Assembly (NCBI GenBank): GCA_900617105.1
Contig: UYFQ01000340.1
Span: 1 to 64,000, forward strand
Source: Hydrurus foetidus
Lineage: Eukaryota
Length of the DNA stretch: 64,000 nt
Reading direction: 5' to 3'
Below are positions 48,801 to 63,800 of the stretch, one piece after another; positions within the stretch are counted from its first letter, which is position 1; the number at the start of each line of letters is the position of its first letter. Position numbers and translations under genes: made by a program. The notes under the pieces were generated by a model. It was given only the letters and a program-made list of their open reading frames with translations. It did not search any database and was not told the origin of the DNA.

Positions 48801-51800
48801 CTATGGATTCATTTCAAATGCATTACCTGATATTTTTCATCTCTGACTTTTGATTCGTCTCCACAAGACCTTTCAATGCATGAGATTTTCTGTAAGATAC
48901 TTCACACAAGAAACACATTTATTTCCTCATTGTATTTTGTCGTGTTTTTGCTTTTCTCCCCTCACTATAATCTGGATCTAAATTATTCTTTACTATTTGT
49001 AATTTATGTTTTGTATTTCGTATTTTGTATTTTTCAAAATACAAAATGGAAATTTAGGTCATTGGTGTGGCGCAGGATCGCAGTACCCCACACCGTGCGT
49101 ACTCGGCACGTACTCTAACTTCTCAGGAAATATAGCGGTGAGTTACTAACAGAAAGCACCGTGTAATTGTTTTTTATGTTGCTCAGTACTGTACTGTACT
49201 GTAGTACTGTACTGTACTGTACTGTACTGTACTGTACTGTACTGTACTGTACTGTACTGTACTGTACTGTACTGTACTGTACTGTACTGTACTGTACTGT
49301 ACTGTACTGTACTGTACTGTACTGTACTGTACTGTACTGTACAGTGTAGTTCCCTATTCATTATGTCTTCAATGCATTTCCATTTTTTGCCTGTTATTGA
49401 TGCCTTTCCTGTTCATTTTACAGGTCTCTCAATGCAGTATTTGTCCCGGTGGATTTTACTGTCCAACATCTGGAACCTATGCACCCAAGGTCTGCAACGG
49501 GACATTTATTTGTCCACCCGGATCCTTCCAAGAAATCGACAGGTGCCCTCCAGGCAATTACTGCCCGACTAAAACATACGAGGTGAGACAATAGTAATGA
49601 TCAATGTTCTGTCATTTTTTACTTTCTTACATTTAATAATGAGCTGATATTCATGCTGCTCTGCACTACATTACCTATTTCGAACATGTACGCACGCATG
49701 CATAGACACACCTACGCCAACTAATAACCCACACATACACACGTACATACGCACGCACGCACGCACGCACGTGCACAGATAATTCCCTGTGCTGCCGGCA
49801 CGTACCAAGATCAGTACGGACAAATAAAATGCAAAAACTGTCCCGCAGGATCATACTGTCCGTACGGTACCACATCATACCGTACGTGTCCCCTGGGGTC
49901 TTTTTGCCCCCTAAACACGGGTTTTAGTACCCAGTATATTTGTCCGGATGGGACGTATGGATCATCGACTGACTTAACTAAAATCGGAGATTGCACTGGT
50001 AACATTTCAAAATTTGACGATTCATTTGTTTATGCATTAATTGTCAATCAACGCATTCTGCACACCCGTATAAAAATGAGTCATTTAGTTTTGTCATTTA
50101 ACCGTAACTGTTCCATATCGGTCTTTAGGATAAGGCATCCCGTACATCTCACACAACTCACACATTTCTTCCATATTTCTTCCATATTTCTTGCATAATG
50201 AGTTTATTACCATATCTTCTCGATGTACACTTTCACATTTTTTAATTTATCACATGTCCTTCCATTTCATTTTATTGCTTTTTTATGTCTTATTTTTTTT
50301 CACTTCATTTTTCATAGCGTGTCCTGCTGGTATGTATTGCACCCAAGGACTCGTAAAGGGGAAATGCAGGTGCGAAAATGAAATAGATACCTTCATATGT
50401 GTGCTAATAAGTTATTAAATGACCAGACATAAATGCAGTGCAGATAATCTTGTCATAAAACCATCTACAACGATGTACAACGATGTACGTACATACGTAC
50501 ATACGTACGTACATACATAGGTTCTTACAAACAAACAAAATAATAGAGCTTGTGGCCGACGACCAAAATCAGGCGTCGGCCTGGCCGGCCTAAAATTTCT
50601 GCCATTGGCCGGTTGGCCGGCTGACCAATGATTTAAACCGTATAAGGGAGTCAAATACCCAAAACCGTGAAATAACCCCCCCAAAAGTACGAAAATTTTG
50701 TGAGCTACCCCTAAAATCCTGGAAATTCACCCTATATTTCGGTAAATTTACCCCTAATATGGTAGGTGCAGATTGGCCGGTCATCTTGTCGGCCAAGCCA
50801 CCGGCCACAAGCTCTACAAAATAACTTTGAAAATCACGACCATTCATATGTGCACAGACACTCACGCACGTATGCATACGATTATCCACACGTTCATTCT
50901 TCTCTCCCTGTATTTTCAATTTCTTAGTGGGGGCTATTTTTGCAAGGTTTCCCAATTGTCCCCCACACCGTATGTCAACCTTACCGCCATCCCGTTAGCA
51001 TCCGGCAAACTTCGGCTACTAGGTATGTATACATTTGTAGTTACGTGAGTCTATTTATGTTTTCACTTTTCTTTTAATTTGTGGAGTTATTTTATTTTGT
51101 ATCTGTGGTCTATATGTTGGAGTGTTCTGTTCTATTTTTCTCAATCACATTACATTATTTAATAAAAACAATCAAGCTGTCTGGAAAAACTGTGCATTCT
51201 ATTAATAAGAATTTAACATTTTTTGGAGATACTTTGATGCAAACAATCAATAGCCGGATAATAATCACAATTCTCACCGTGCTTTTTGAATTATGCTACT
51301 GTAACTTCTTACCTTTAACCACACTGCACTATATTCAACTCTTTTTTAAATCCCCAAAGACGCACGTAATGTGTCTTCCTACTGACGATTTATCAATGTG
51401 CCTTCAATTAACTTTTAGAGGGTTTACAGGGAGGTCCCTGCTTCCCCGGCCACTTTTGTCCGAATGGCACGGCTAACCCGGTTCCTTGCGCTAACAGTAA
51501 GAATAGAAATTGAAATTAAAGTTATAGTAATTAGCCATACTAACTAATACACTCATCCTCAATATCTTTTATTGTTACATTAGATGAGCAATTATTTGTT
51601 AATCGTTGTTTCATTGTTTTACTGTGTTTGATGTATGCTAATTTGCTATCTCTATGTACAACTTATGCTACAACAAACAAAGCAAACACTGACATCTCAC
51701 TATGTCTCACTATCACCCAACACACTATCGATTGCAGACACATTCCGTTCCGACACCCACGGATCATTTCCTTCTGACTGCGGTCTGTGTGCTGCCGGCC

Positions 51801-54800
51801 AGATGTGCCAGAGAGGAAACCCAGTCGCAGAGGACTGTCCCGCAGGTTTAATATTTATAGAATTGTATTTTCAACTTTTTGTATGTTTACTGTTATACAC
51901 AATTTTGTGCAGACGTTATTCGTATTGTGTTGTGTTGTGTTGTGTTGTGTTGTGTTGTGTTGTGTGATTGTGTTGTGTCGTTTTGTGTCTGTTGTGCGTG
52001 TCAACGTTGAATGCTGTCGTGTTATCTTCTGATTCATCGTATTTTTACATATGTGTTGCTTTAAATGTTGTGTTGTGTTGTGAGTGTTGTGTTGTGTTGT
52101 GTCGTATCGTGTTGTGTCGTGTCGTGTTGTGTTGTGTCGTATCGTGTTGTGTTGTGTTGTGTCGTGTCGTGTCGTATAAGAAAGTCTGATCGCGATTTGT
52201 TTTGTTTGCCAACTTAACAGTTTCTTTGTCTTCTTCAGTATGCTATCTTTTATTTTTTAATTCATACTTAAGACATGATGTAACATGACATGATATAAAA
52301 CAACACAGTATGACACAATGCAAGATATTATATACACTCCCAAATAATCTTGATATCCTCATTACTTCCCATTCTATCCCTATAGGGCAGTACTGCATGT
52401 TTGGAACAAAACCAATTAACTGTCCCAGGTACACGTACGTAAGTACGACTCGATCCACGTCCCTAAACAATTGTCAGTCGTGCCCTGCTGGCTACTGGTG
52501 CAATTCTACAGGTGAGATTAGATGGGATGTATATATTTGGATGATAGATCAGATATTCAGATGGTAGATCAGATTATTAGATGGTAGATCAGATTATTAT
52601 GCGGTTGATGGGTGAGGCGGGAATATAGGATGTGTGGATATGTTTAGCTTGTTAGATAGTAAATAGATTATTAGATGATAATGTAGATAATCAGGTGACA
52701 AATAAGACTGGTAAGAATGCACTGTTTAGGAACCAATAAATATGCAGATATGCACGTGGATAAAAGGAGAAAGGAAATAAAGTGTATGAAAATAGAAGCG
52801 ATCAATGATATAACAGACATATTAAAATGTGTTCACAAAATTTGTGTCCATCGCATATATTCTGTATACTGTATTCCGTATTCTGTATTCTGTCCTTAAC
52901 AATATTCTTAACCCACGGAACATTCTTCTTAGGAATCGGAATTCTGTCTTCTCACAAATGTCCGGTGGGCTCCTTCTGCTCGGAAGGGACCGCGCTCCCC
53001 GCCCCCTGTCCCGCCAGCACGTACAGGTCCGTACAGCACGGAACAGAATAATACATTGCGCGATATTTTAGTATGCTATACTGCAGCACATTTCATCACA
53101 CCATGTTACGTCACACCGCAATACACTACACTACACCACAACCTGACACAGTACTGAACGACACATACACTGCAATATGTCACAGTAGCACCATACGCAG
53201 CTATCAAATAGTGATGCTTCGAAACTTGATTTCATATCATATGTTAACAAAAGCGTTTCAGTAGTTGATGTACTAACACTCTGTGCGTTCCCTCCCATTT
53301 TCGAAACCGTATCAGGGAACCCTTTCTACAATCAATGCATTACTAAAATGCACTAACCTCGTACTATATTTTTTACAGGGATATTCCAGGTGCATCTTCG
53401 TTGTCCGACTGTTTCGGCTGTCCAGCTAAATTCTTTTGTCCGGTTGGATCCGTTAAATATACGGCTTGCCCGGCTAAATATTATTGCCCGGCTAACTCTA
53501 TGAATGCGACTATTTGCTCCCCTGGGGGATTTTGTCCCCCCGACTCGGTCCGACCCGTGCTTTGCCCCGCGAGTTATTATTGCCCCCAGGGGATTTCGGT
53601 TCCTATACCGTGCTATAGAGGTGTGTCCGTCCGTCCGTCTTTTTATTTTTATTTTTTGTTTAATGTGTTGCGGAGGTGCGAAATATGTAAAGAAATTAAA
53701 AGAAGCGATATTCTGAACAACGCATACATGGTAAGGTCGTTATCCAGTATTGTAGTATAGGTTGCATAAATGTATATTATGTGTACGCTGTGGTGTCTCA
53801 ATGCACTACATTGCACATCATGATAGTGTTTGTTTTTATGTAGCACATCAAACAGTTTGCCAATATCAACATCACATTTTTTTCCCCATAATATCAAAAA
53901 ATAATCATGATTAAATAACGCATTAAATTAAAGACATTTCTATATCATAAGAAGTTGGAAGATGAACATAGATATCAATAGCACATAATTATTATTCATA
54001 ATATTAAATTAACTTCATACTGCTAATTAATAATTGATAAGCGTCATTATCATAAAAATAAAAAATTAATGATAAATGTAATGATTAAAATGATCATGAT
54101 AATTTCTTTTTTAATTGATATTTAATTATTTTCTATTGTAGGCACTTATTGCCCTTTAGGGACTGCCAACCCCTTGCCCTGTCCCTTGGGGCACAAAGGC
54201 ACTGACGCTGGATTCGGAACTCTCTCCGTACTACAGTCCCTAGCCACAGGTAAGAGGGAGGTGTGTCTTCAAATCTAATAAACTATTTAGTCGTGAAATG
54301 TGATGTGTTCAGTCGTTTTTTTAGAACTGGTCGTGTCATTTGTATAAAATGGTATAAAATAGTATTAAATTGAATTGTTAAGAAGAGGCTCAGTGTAGTG
54401 TGATGTAGTGTCATGTATTGCGGTGTAGAGTAGTGTAGTGTAGTGTAGTGTAGTGTAGTGTAGTGTAGTGTAGTGTAGTGTAGTGTAGTGTAGTGTAGTG
54501 TAGTGTAGTGTAGTGTAGTGTAGTGTAGTGTAGTGTAGTGTCATGTAGCGTGATTTGATTTGATGTGATGTGATTTGATTTGATGCGCTGTCACGTGATG
54601 ATATGATAGAGTATGATGCTGTGTGACTGCAATGTTCTAAATTGAACTCATGCTCAAACTTTGCGATACTCCAATAGTAGAAATCACCGAAGAAAGCAGT
54701 ACTTCACTGCTCTCACATGTCAATCCAATAAATCATGTTATATTAATCATATCAACTCTTCGAAACTACTTCAAACATATTGTGCCTTACAGGATGTGAA

Positions 54801-57800
54801 ATTTGTCCCGCTGGCACGTACGGTACAGATCCGTACAGACTCAAATGCGACACAGGTGCATTACAGTGTCGACCAAGTTACTCTATTAATTTAAAGGAAT
54901 TTCTATTTGCACACATCTTCATTTACTCATGCCTTGAGCTGTCTTTGTGTCTTAACCTTATTCTCCCTGGTACACTTGCTACATGGTACTACATTCTTGT
55001 TTTTCATCATTCTTGTCTGCCTTGCCTTCTTTCGTATTTTACATTTTCTTCGTTTCTTTTCTTTCCTCTTCTGTTCTGTTCTCTTCTCTTCTGTTCTCTT
55101 CTTTCCTCTTATCTTCTCTCTTCTCTTCTTTCCTTTCCTCTTCTCTTCTGTTCTTTCCTTTTCAATATCGGAATCCCTCCCTCTCCCACTCTTATGTTAT
55201 TCGCCTCATAATTCCTTCGTCATCTCTCTCATTCTCGCTTTCATTGTCACTCTATTTTTCTTCATCATCGCTCATTCATTCTCCATTGAATTCTTATTGG
55301 TGTCCGTCAATTATTTCTCATTCTACATCACAATACAATATACAGGCACTCCTGGGTATGCGTTTGAATCCGGCTCAACATCATCCACTCCATCCAACCT
55401 AACGACCCAACACGGCTATCCCTGTCCCCCCGGCACATTCTGTCCACCCGGATCCACGGCCCCTACCCTCTGTCCTATCGGAACATACCAGTCACACTCA
55501 CTTGCAAAAAATGTTTCTGCATGCGTACTTTGTGACATCGGAACTTATCAGTACGAACAGGGCCAGGCGTCTTGCTATCCCTGCTCTTCTTCGAGTGTAT
55601 CTCTAAAGGGCTCATCTCTTTGTTCTTGTATTGGAAAAAATCGGGCTTTTCAGCCCGGTGACGGTTTTTGTATTTGTTCTCCAGGGTTCGAATTTGTTGA
55701 TAGCAATTTTATTGTATCCTCGGAGAATGACGGATCGTACGATTGTCAACCGGTGGTGTATCAAAGGTGAGTGGGATGCGTGGTGTGGTGTGGTGTAGAA
55801 TAGTGTAGTGTGATGTAGTGTAGTGTAGTGTAGTGTAGTGTAGTGTAGTGTAGTGTAGTGTAGTGTAGTGTAGTGTAGTGTAGTGTAGTGTAGTGTAGTG
55901 TAGTGTAGTGTAGTGTAGTGTAGTGTAGTGTAGTGTAGTGTAGTGTAGTGTAGTGTAGTGTAGTGTAGTGTAGTGTAGTGTAGTGTGATGTGATCAGTCA
56001 TGTCGTAATATCGTACGATATTTTGTGGTTCAGTTTCTTACGATGCATCAGCCGATATATTGTTCGTTATCTGCCTCGTCAAAAGCGTTGATGACTTGCG
56101 ATTGCGTCACTCTATGTGATGTTCTTCAACTCACCTCCCCTCACCTCACCTCACCTCACCTCACCTCACCTCACCTCACCTCACCTCACCTCACCTCACC
56201 TCACCTCACCTCACCTCACCTCACCTCACCTCACCTCACCTCACCTCACCTCACCTCACCTCACGCCATCTCCCACACCTGTTCCCTCCCATCCTAGATG
56301 TCGTCCCAATCAAGTGCGCAGTCTTGACGGTTCCTGTGTAAACAGCGAGGGTTACTGTCTGTCTGTGTGTGGGGCGGATGGAGGCGTGCTCAGCAGTACC
56401 ACCGGTTAGTATGTATCTTATCTGATTATGTATATTTTATCTATCTTTCACTTTATATATTCTATGGGTTTTAAAGTCTAGGATAGATATTGAAACTACT
56501 ATGATAAGAAATTAATTCCAAATGTAACGTGCATGTCTGTATTCTGTTTTGATCCCATCATTTTATTAAGTGACTGAAATGATAGACCAGCGGAATTACT
56601 CCTTTCGTATGTTCTCTCCTTCGTTGTCCCTGACGAAAATTCGCTCTTCGTTTCTCTATCACGCTACATTCATCTATCCCGCTGTGTGCTCGTTTCTCTT
56701 CTCTTCTCTTCTCTTCTCTTCTCTTCTCTGATTCCTACGCTTCTACTTCTTATCGTCTCATCTTTTTGACTCCTTTCCACTTCCACTTTCTTTTCCTCTT
56801 CATCGCCACTTTCTCTTTCTATTATCCTTCACCTTGTTCCTGTCACATGTCCTATTCCTTACATCTTTCGTGTTCTGTACTCTGTATTTTGATTCCGTAT
56901 TTTGTACATCGTATCAGGTACTTGTCAGTGCAACACTTTAGTTCCCTTAGTGCTCGTGTGTGACGATGCCTGTCGAGCTGCCAGTCCCTCCATGACGTGC
57001 ACTGCGGGACAGGTACGTACGTATGTGATGGAGTACCGTTCATGTGAGTGAGTGTGTGTGTGTGTGTGTGTGTGTAGTAGGTGCATAGATTTCTTGCCAC
57101 TAATATGTAAAATAACGTCCAATCATCTGTTCAAACAAACAATGATAAGCTACGAGCAGGGTTCTTGTAGCACAGAATTATCTCGTGAACAGTACAAGAT
57201 AACAACCTGAAAAGAAAAAAAGGAGAAAAAAAAAAAGGAGAAAAAAATCGAAGTTTTAATAATTGACAAGAATGACAATGGTATCAAATTGTTATATTTA
57301 ATTTCTTAACACAGGTGATTATAGCGCAAGGTGGTGTAACACAGTCGATACCATCCAGTTCAATTGCGAGTGTGGGAAAGTTATCATGCGGGGGAATAGC
57401 CGGAGGCAGTACGGCTGTTTACAGTATGTCCACCACTTCTGGTAAAATCAGTATCAACACATTTACATCTTGTGCAGCGTGAAGGACGGAATTTGTTTTT
57501 ATACAATTTAAAATTTTTAATTTTTACAAATTCTATTTGGTTTCTCGTAATTTAAGATTATAATTAATCAATAATTATGATTAATCATCATCATTCTTCG
57601 CCTTCCTTTTTTCTGTTCTTGTTTTCAATTTTCAAATTTTACATTTCATTTTTAATCTATAATTTAAACTTAAAAGCTTTCTCTGTTTACATTTTTGGTA
57701 TGATTATGATCATTACTGTTTATTTTTATTTTATTTTATTTTTATTTTTATTTTAGGATTATTTGCTGGCCTATACGGAATTGGTGAAGCAATATCTTCA

Positions 57801-60800
57801 TTAACCAATCAAAGAAGAAATCTTGTGGCAAATACGCACTGGGCACATAACACAAATTATAATAATGATTATGATAAGAATGATAAGAATGGTATTTATA
57901 ATATATCTAATACAGAGTATTCGAAAATAGAGCCATATAATGAAAATTCCGAAAATAACAAAAACGGAATTTATCCAAAAACCAAAAATGATGTAATGCA
58001 AAATGAAAAAAGTAAAGAAAAATCGGAATTTAGTCGTGCATTAAGTGATACGTTCACACCAACAATGATGAATCCGATTGTGTGTGTTAGTGCAGGGTCA
58101 AGTGTGATATTTGATATTACAAATACGCAATATCCAATCTATTTAAAAGATTCTTTATTGAACACTAATCCTGCTTTCGACTACTGGGAGTTTCGAAAGT
58201 TGTCCGCACTAGCGGTTACGAGTGTTAATATCACATCTTTTGCGTTCACTTTTATTAGTGCAGGTGAGAGGGAAATAATGCAATGTAATTATGGTTGGAT
58301 TGAATTGATGATATAGTATTTCTTTTCATTTCATTTCAATGATTATTTGTATGTGTGTACGTGTGTATGTGTGTACGTGTGTATGTATGTGTGTGGACAT
58401 CTTTTCGTGAACTTCAACTCCAATTCATGACCTACATCACATCACATCACAGGCACGTACGTGTTTTACATGTCAAACGACAGAAGTAAAACAGTAATAA
58501 TATCCGTGACTGCAATCAACGTTAAATGCACCACTCCTGCACCATTCGTGGAGGCTAGCGAAAGCAGCTTGATCACGTTAGGAATAGTGAGCAATCCCTC
58601 CATTGTGTTGTCTCCTGATTGGTCTTTGATTGGGGGGCTCTTGGGAGGTACGTGTGTGTGTGTGTGGAGGGAGGGAGGGAGGGAGGGAGGGGAGGGAGGA
58701 GGGAGGGAGGGAGGAGGGAGGAAGAGGAAGAGGGGAGGGAGGAGGAGGAGGAGGGAGGAGGGAGGAGGAGGAGGGAGGGAGGAGGAGGGAGGTGAGAATA
58801 GGATGTTTGTGCTGTCTGCGTGTCTGTGAACGGTGAGAGTGTGTACGTATGGAAGCATGGGGGTGAGTGTGAGGGTGGGGGGATGATACTTACTTCCCAA
58901 AATCTTTTTGACTTTCCCTTCATTGTCATACTCTACTAACTTTCTGTTCAGTTTTCTTTCTTCCCTTCCTTTCCTTCCCTTCCCTTCCTTCCTTCCTTCC
59001 CTTCCTTCCTTCCCTTCCCTTCCCTTCCTTCCCTTCCTTTCCTTCCCTTTCCTTCCCTTTCCTTTCCTTTCCTTTCCATCTGTAATTTGCTTACTCTCTA
59101 TATTTTATTTCCTCTCTTTACACAGGAATATTTGGTGTAGTAATAGGTATGATAGCATTTCTTTTTTGTTTAAGAAATCGAGCATGGGCAAGCCATGAAA
59201 AACAAATTTCAAAATACAGATTACGAAATAAAAATCAAATCATATTCAAAGATAATAAAGGATTTGATAAAATTCCTGTTACTGGAAATAAAAAAGTATC
59301 AAATGATTTGGATAATATTAGAAATATTTTAGGAATGAAAAGTAGTAAAATAAGTTCTGAAAATGAAAACAAAAATGATCTTTTATTGGAAGATTTAGAA
59401 AAATGTGAAGTATTCAATAAAAAAGGAGAAAATAACGATAATAACGATGATAGTAATGATGAAAACAGTGATGATGATGATGTTTTACCATCTGAACTGA
59501 CACGTGTAATGCAGAATCATTATGATGTGATAGACAGACAATTAGGTGATCAAAACAGTTTATTAGCTGCACTACAAGATTCGTTGAAAAAAGAAGTGGA
59601 TGATTTAAAAAACATTCTTAATGCAGCACTAATTGATGCGCATAGAAATACCAATAATAACGATCTTATTTCATCATATGATGATAATAAGACATTATTA
59701 CATTTTCTTATTCAATTAGAACAAAATGTAAATATTAGAAAATGTCAAGAAAATAGTTTCGACAGTTTTGCGATCAAATTTCAGGATTATTTACGGAATT
59801 TACTTTTATTATTGACCCATGGTCCCTACATTACAGCCAATAATATAGTAGAAGAAATAATCGCAAAAAAATCTGAAATTCTAAATAATAACGAAATCGA
59901 TAACATCGATAGTGAGCCACGTCGAGAAAAGACGGAAATGAATAAAAACGGAAATTTTGATTATTCAGTTATTGTTACAAATCTTTTTCAAGATTTAAAA
60001 GATGTAGAGATGTACGTACAAACCGCACTATACCCTACTATAATTGGAGAGGAAAAAAGAAAAAATATTTCGGATAAAGATATTGAATTATTTTTACAAA
60101 ATTCTTTTGGTACGTCATTGTCGCCACATTTATTATCGAATATTGAAAATTGTCGTAAAAACGAATTTAGTGTTGATAATGCTTTGTGTAGTGTGCGGAG
60201 TAAGTACGATGTGTTCGTTCGCAGGTCACCTCGATTTTATGAAGTTATGAGAAATGAAATTTCTTTTTTCGTTGCGGAGTTCAAGGGATTGGGAGACAAG
60301 TGCAAACGTGATGATAATGTCGAGAATGATAAAAATGATAACAACAGAAGGGACAATAATGAAAATGAGATGACAAAATTAGAGGAGCGAGCGAGACTTT
60401 CAGAATTTGCTCTACAAGATATCTGCATAAAATCGGTTGACAGATTTGAAGGTGAGTACTTTCTTTCTTCAAACCACCATACATGGAAGAAATTCAGACA
60501 AAAATTTTTATAATCATTTTTCTATGATGTTGCATTGTTCTGTATCATACGATATTGTGTATTGCATTACAGCGTATGAGGTCATAAATCATTTCAATTT
60601 TATTTCATCTTATTTCAATTCAATTCCATTCCTTTACTGTATTTCTTCTTATAGGCTATCTAAGGGAACTAATTGACGGCACTAGCTCCCTCCTCGAATC
60701 TCAAATTGACCAGAGTGAGAGTTACAATGAAATCAGAACAAACAGTGACAGTGCGCACGATAATTTATTAAATGAAATTCAAAAAGAAATAATCAGATTA

Positions 60801-63800
60801 AGCGGCAAAAATATGAAGGAAGAAAGAGAAGAAAAAGACATCGATAAGAATTTGTTAGTTAACAAAGGAAATTCCGATGAAACTGAAATATCATCAAAAG
60901 TGGACACTTTTGATGTCCAACAAATATTGGAACCGTTATTAGCTGCAATAAAAGAATTAAATTTAGATTTCTCAGCTGTGAAAAGACATACAAATAGCGC
61001 TGATTTGACTGATGATGAAGAAGAGAGTAAGGAGGGTGAAAAAAAGAAGAAAAGGAAAGGAAGGAGGAAAGATAAGAATAAGAAGAATAGAGCTGAGAGG
61101 AATGGAGAAACTAATGAAGAAGAGGAGAACACCCTAACCGATGATGGTGGGAATGAAGGAGGGAAAGTTAGGGAAAGATATAGAGATGGAGGTGTGTCTG
61201 ATGGAATAGTAGAGGAAAGGATTATTACTGCTGGCACATCAGTCTATGATTCGGACGAAGGTGAGGGACGAAATGACAATGACAGCGGCGATGATGAAGA
61301 TGAAGACGGAGATGAAGGAAGAGAGGGAGAGGAGGAAGAAGAAGAAGGAGGAGGAGAAGAAGAAGAAGAAGAAGAAGAAGAAGATGTTGATTTACTTGTC
61401 GAGAAGTTACATCAAGAGGAGGAGAAAGAAAGAGAGGTAAGAAATTGAAAGTGTGACACAGTTTTTATGATGAAAATTCAAATCATCGGACAATTATGAT
61501 ACAGCAAAAGATAAATAAAAACGGACAAAAACAGAACAAAGCAAATGCGTCATACAAAAATAGATGTTGAAATCACATAATTGCTGTCCTTTCATTACAT
61601 ACATTCAGACCAGATTAGCAGAAGCGTTAAAGGGAGCCGAACTGGAATCTGAGGCCAAGGTCCACACTCGATAGTTCCCATTGATAATTGCACTTTATTT
61701 TTTCTATTTTGTGATATTTTTTTGTGTTTTTATAGTGTCATATTATCACACATCTTATATACTTTGTCTGATGTTATCGCATTTTTTATTTTCTATTTTC
61801 TATACTCTATTTCTAACTATTTTTTTTATAACGCTTTAGTTTCTTTCTTGAATAATTTTACCTTATCTTTCCTCAAACATCCTCTTCAATACATTTTAGT
61901 GTATCTTATCTTATCTTATCTTATCTTATCTTATCTTATCTTATCTTATCTTATCTTATCTTATCTTATCTTATCTTATCTTATCTTATCTTATCTTATC
62001 TTATCTTATCTTATCTTATCTTATCTTATCTTATCTCATCTCATCTTATCTCATCTTATCTCATCTCATCTTATCTCATCTCATTTTATCTTACCTTACC
62101 TTACCTTACCCTATTCCATATCTCCTACCCTATCCTCTCCTATGTCATTTCATTCCCCTACCCTATCCTACCATTTTTCAATTTAATATTCTGCAACAAA
62201 TTCCTCAATTTGACCCAGATTCTAGAGATGGAGATGGCGCTGAACGTGATGGACGATCTGCTCAAGGAACACTCAGCGCTCCCTCACTCCTCGCTAGACA
62301 TCGCTGGACAAGTACGTGTGCAGTACTTAAGATACGCGCTGAAAGATTCTGTGCTGTTGAGAATTGCTGAAAATCTTCATAGAAGCCAGTTTTCATTTAG
62401 ATACAGTTCGATATCAGCACTATACCAGCTTTCATAAGCTCGAAATGGAAGGGAATGATTGGGTTAGGGTGGTGTGTGTTGTGTGGTGTGGTGTGATGTG
62501 TTGTATTCTAATATTTCGTTATTTTGGTTATTGACAGTGTAAGATTTTTAATTCCGTATATGTGCCATACTGATAATGATTTCAACAGTGTAGTATTTTT
62601 GGTATTCCGTGGTGTTCCATGTCGATACTTTTGTAGCTTCTATGTTGCGAGGATTTATTTTATATAGCCACATCTCCATTTGTTTCTTTTTGATGTGATT
62701 CTATTTTACTCTCCCTCCCTCGTAATCTCAATCTTCCATTTTGTTTTCTTTTTTAGGTGGAGAAATTAGAGCATACTTTAGAGTTGAGAGTACTGGACGA
62801 AATGCTAGAGTTGGAATCAGAGAGACAAATGAAAATCATCCAGCAATTAGGTGGGATAGATATTTCATGTTATCGTTTAACAAGTCACTGCATAGTATAG
62901 AGTAAAGAGCGGCGATTCAAACACTTTCGAAAACACTGATTCTACCTCGAACTCGTACATCTCAAGACCCCTCGTTTATTCCAGGTCCACGTTCAATCTG
63001 GACCCAACCCTATACACGACAATTAACTGTACCGCACTGCAACTGAAAACAGTACGGTACAATTAGTTGTCGTGTATAGGGGTGGGTGGATCCAGATTAA
63101 CCGTGGACCTGGAATAGAAGTAGAAGAGGAGCCTTGATCTGCAGTAAAATACATTATGCTAGCCCAATATCTAGTACTGCATGTATATCGTACATAGTTC
63201 CGAATAAACAGAAAGTACTGTTGTACGTTCCACATCGTGCGTGCTTCGTACACCTAATTACGTAAACGCAAATACGCACGATTTCTCTAATTGACACTAA
63301 AAAGGAACCTAACTTGTATCCGATGACACGAATGCACCACTAAATCGTCGTACTCTGTTACTATATTGTCCTACGCAGCGGAAGGGTATACCGTAGGCCG
63401 TAACGGTAACGGTAACGGTAAAAATGAAGAGGAGGCAAACGACCTGGTTGCAATAGATGTGAGTACTGTTCTGCTGATGAGTTGTATACCTGTATGAGTA
63501 TTTGTGCAAGTGTTTTGTTGAAACATCATTGTCCAGTTCTGTGATTTGTAAGTTCCTGCCTGCTGATTACACTCAACAGATGAACGATTTAAGACTTTTC
63601 AAGTACTTTGCAAGTACTTTGCAAGAGCTGCATAATCATTAATTATTATTTACGATTGATAATTTCTCATATTGAAATGTTTTTATTATACCACAGTTGA
63701 GGAACAATGAGGAAGAAGAGGAATTGATGAGAAGATTAGAAGGCGAAAGAGAAGGAAGACTGAGAGCAATGGTACGCACTTCTTCTCCCTCTCCCTTTCC

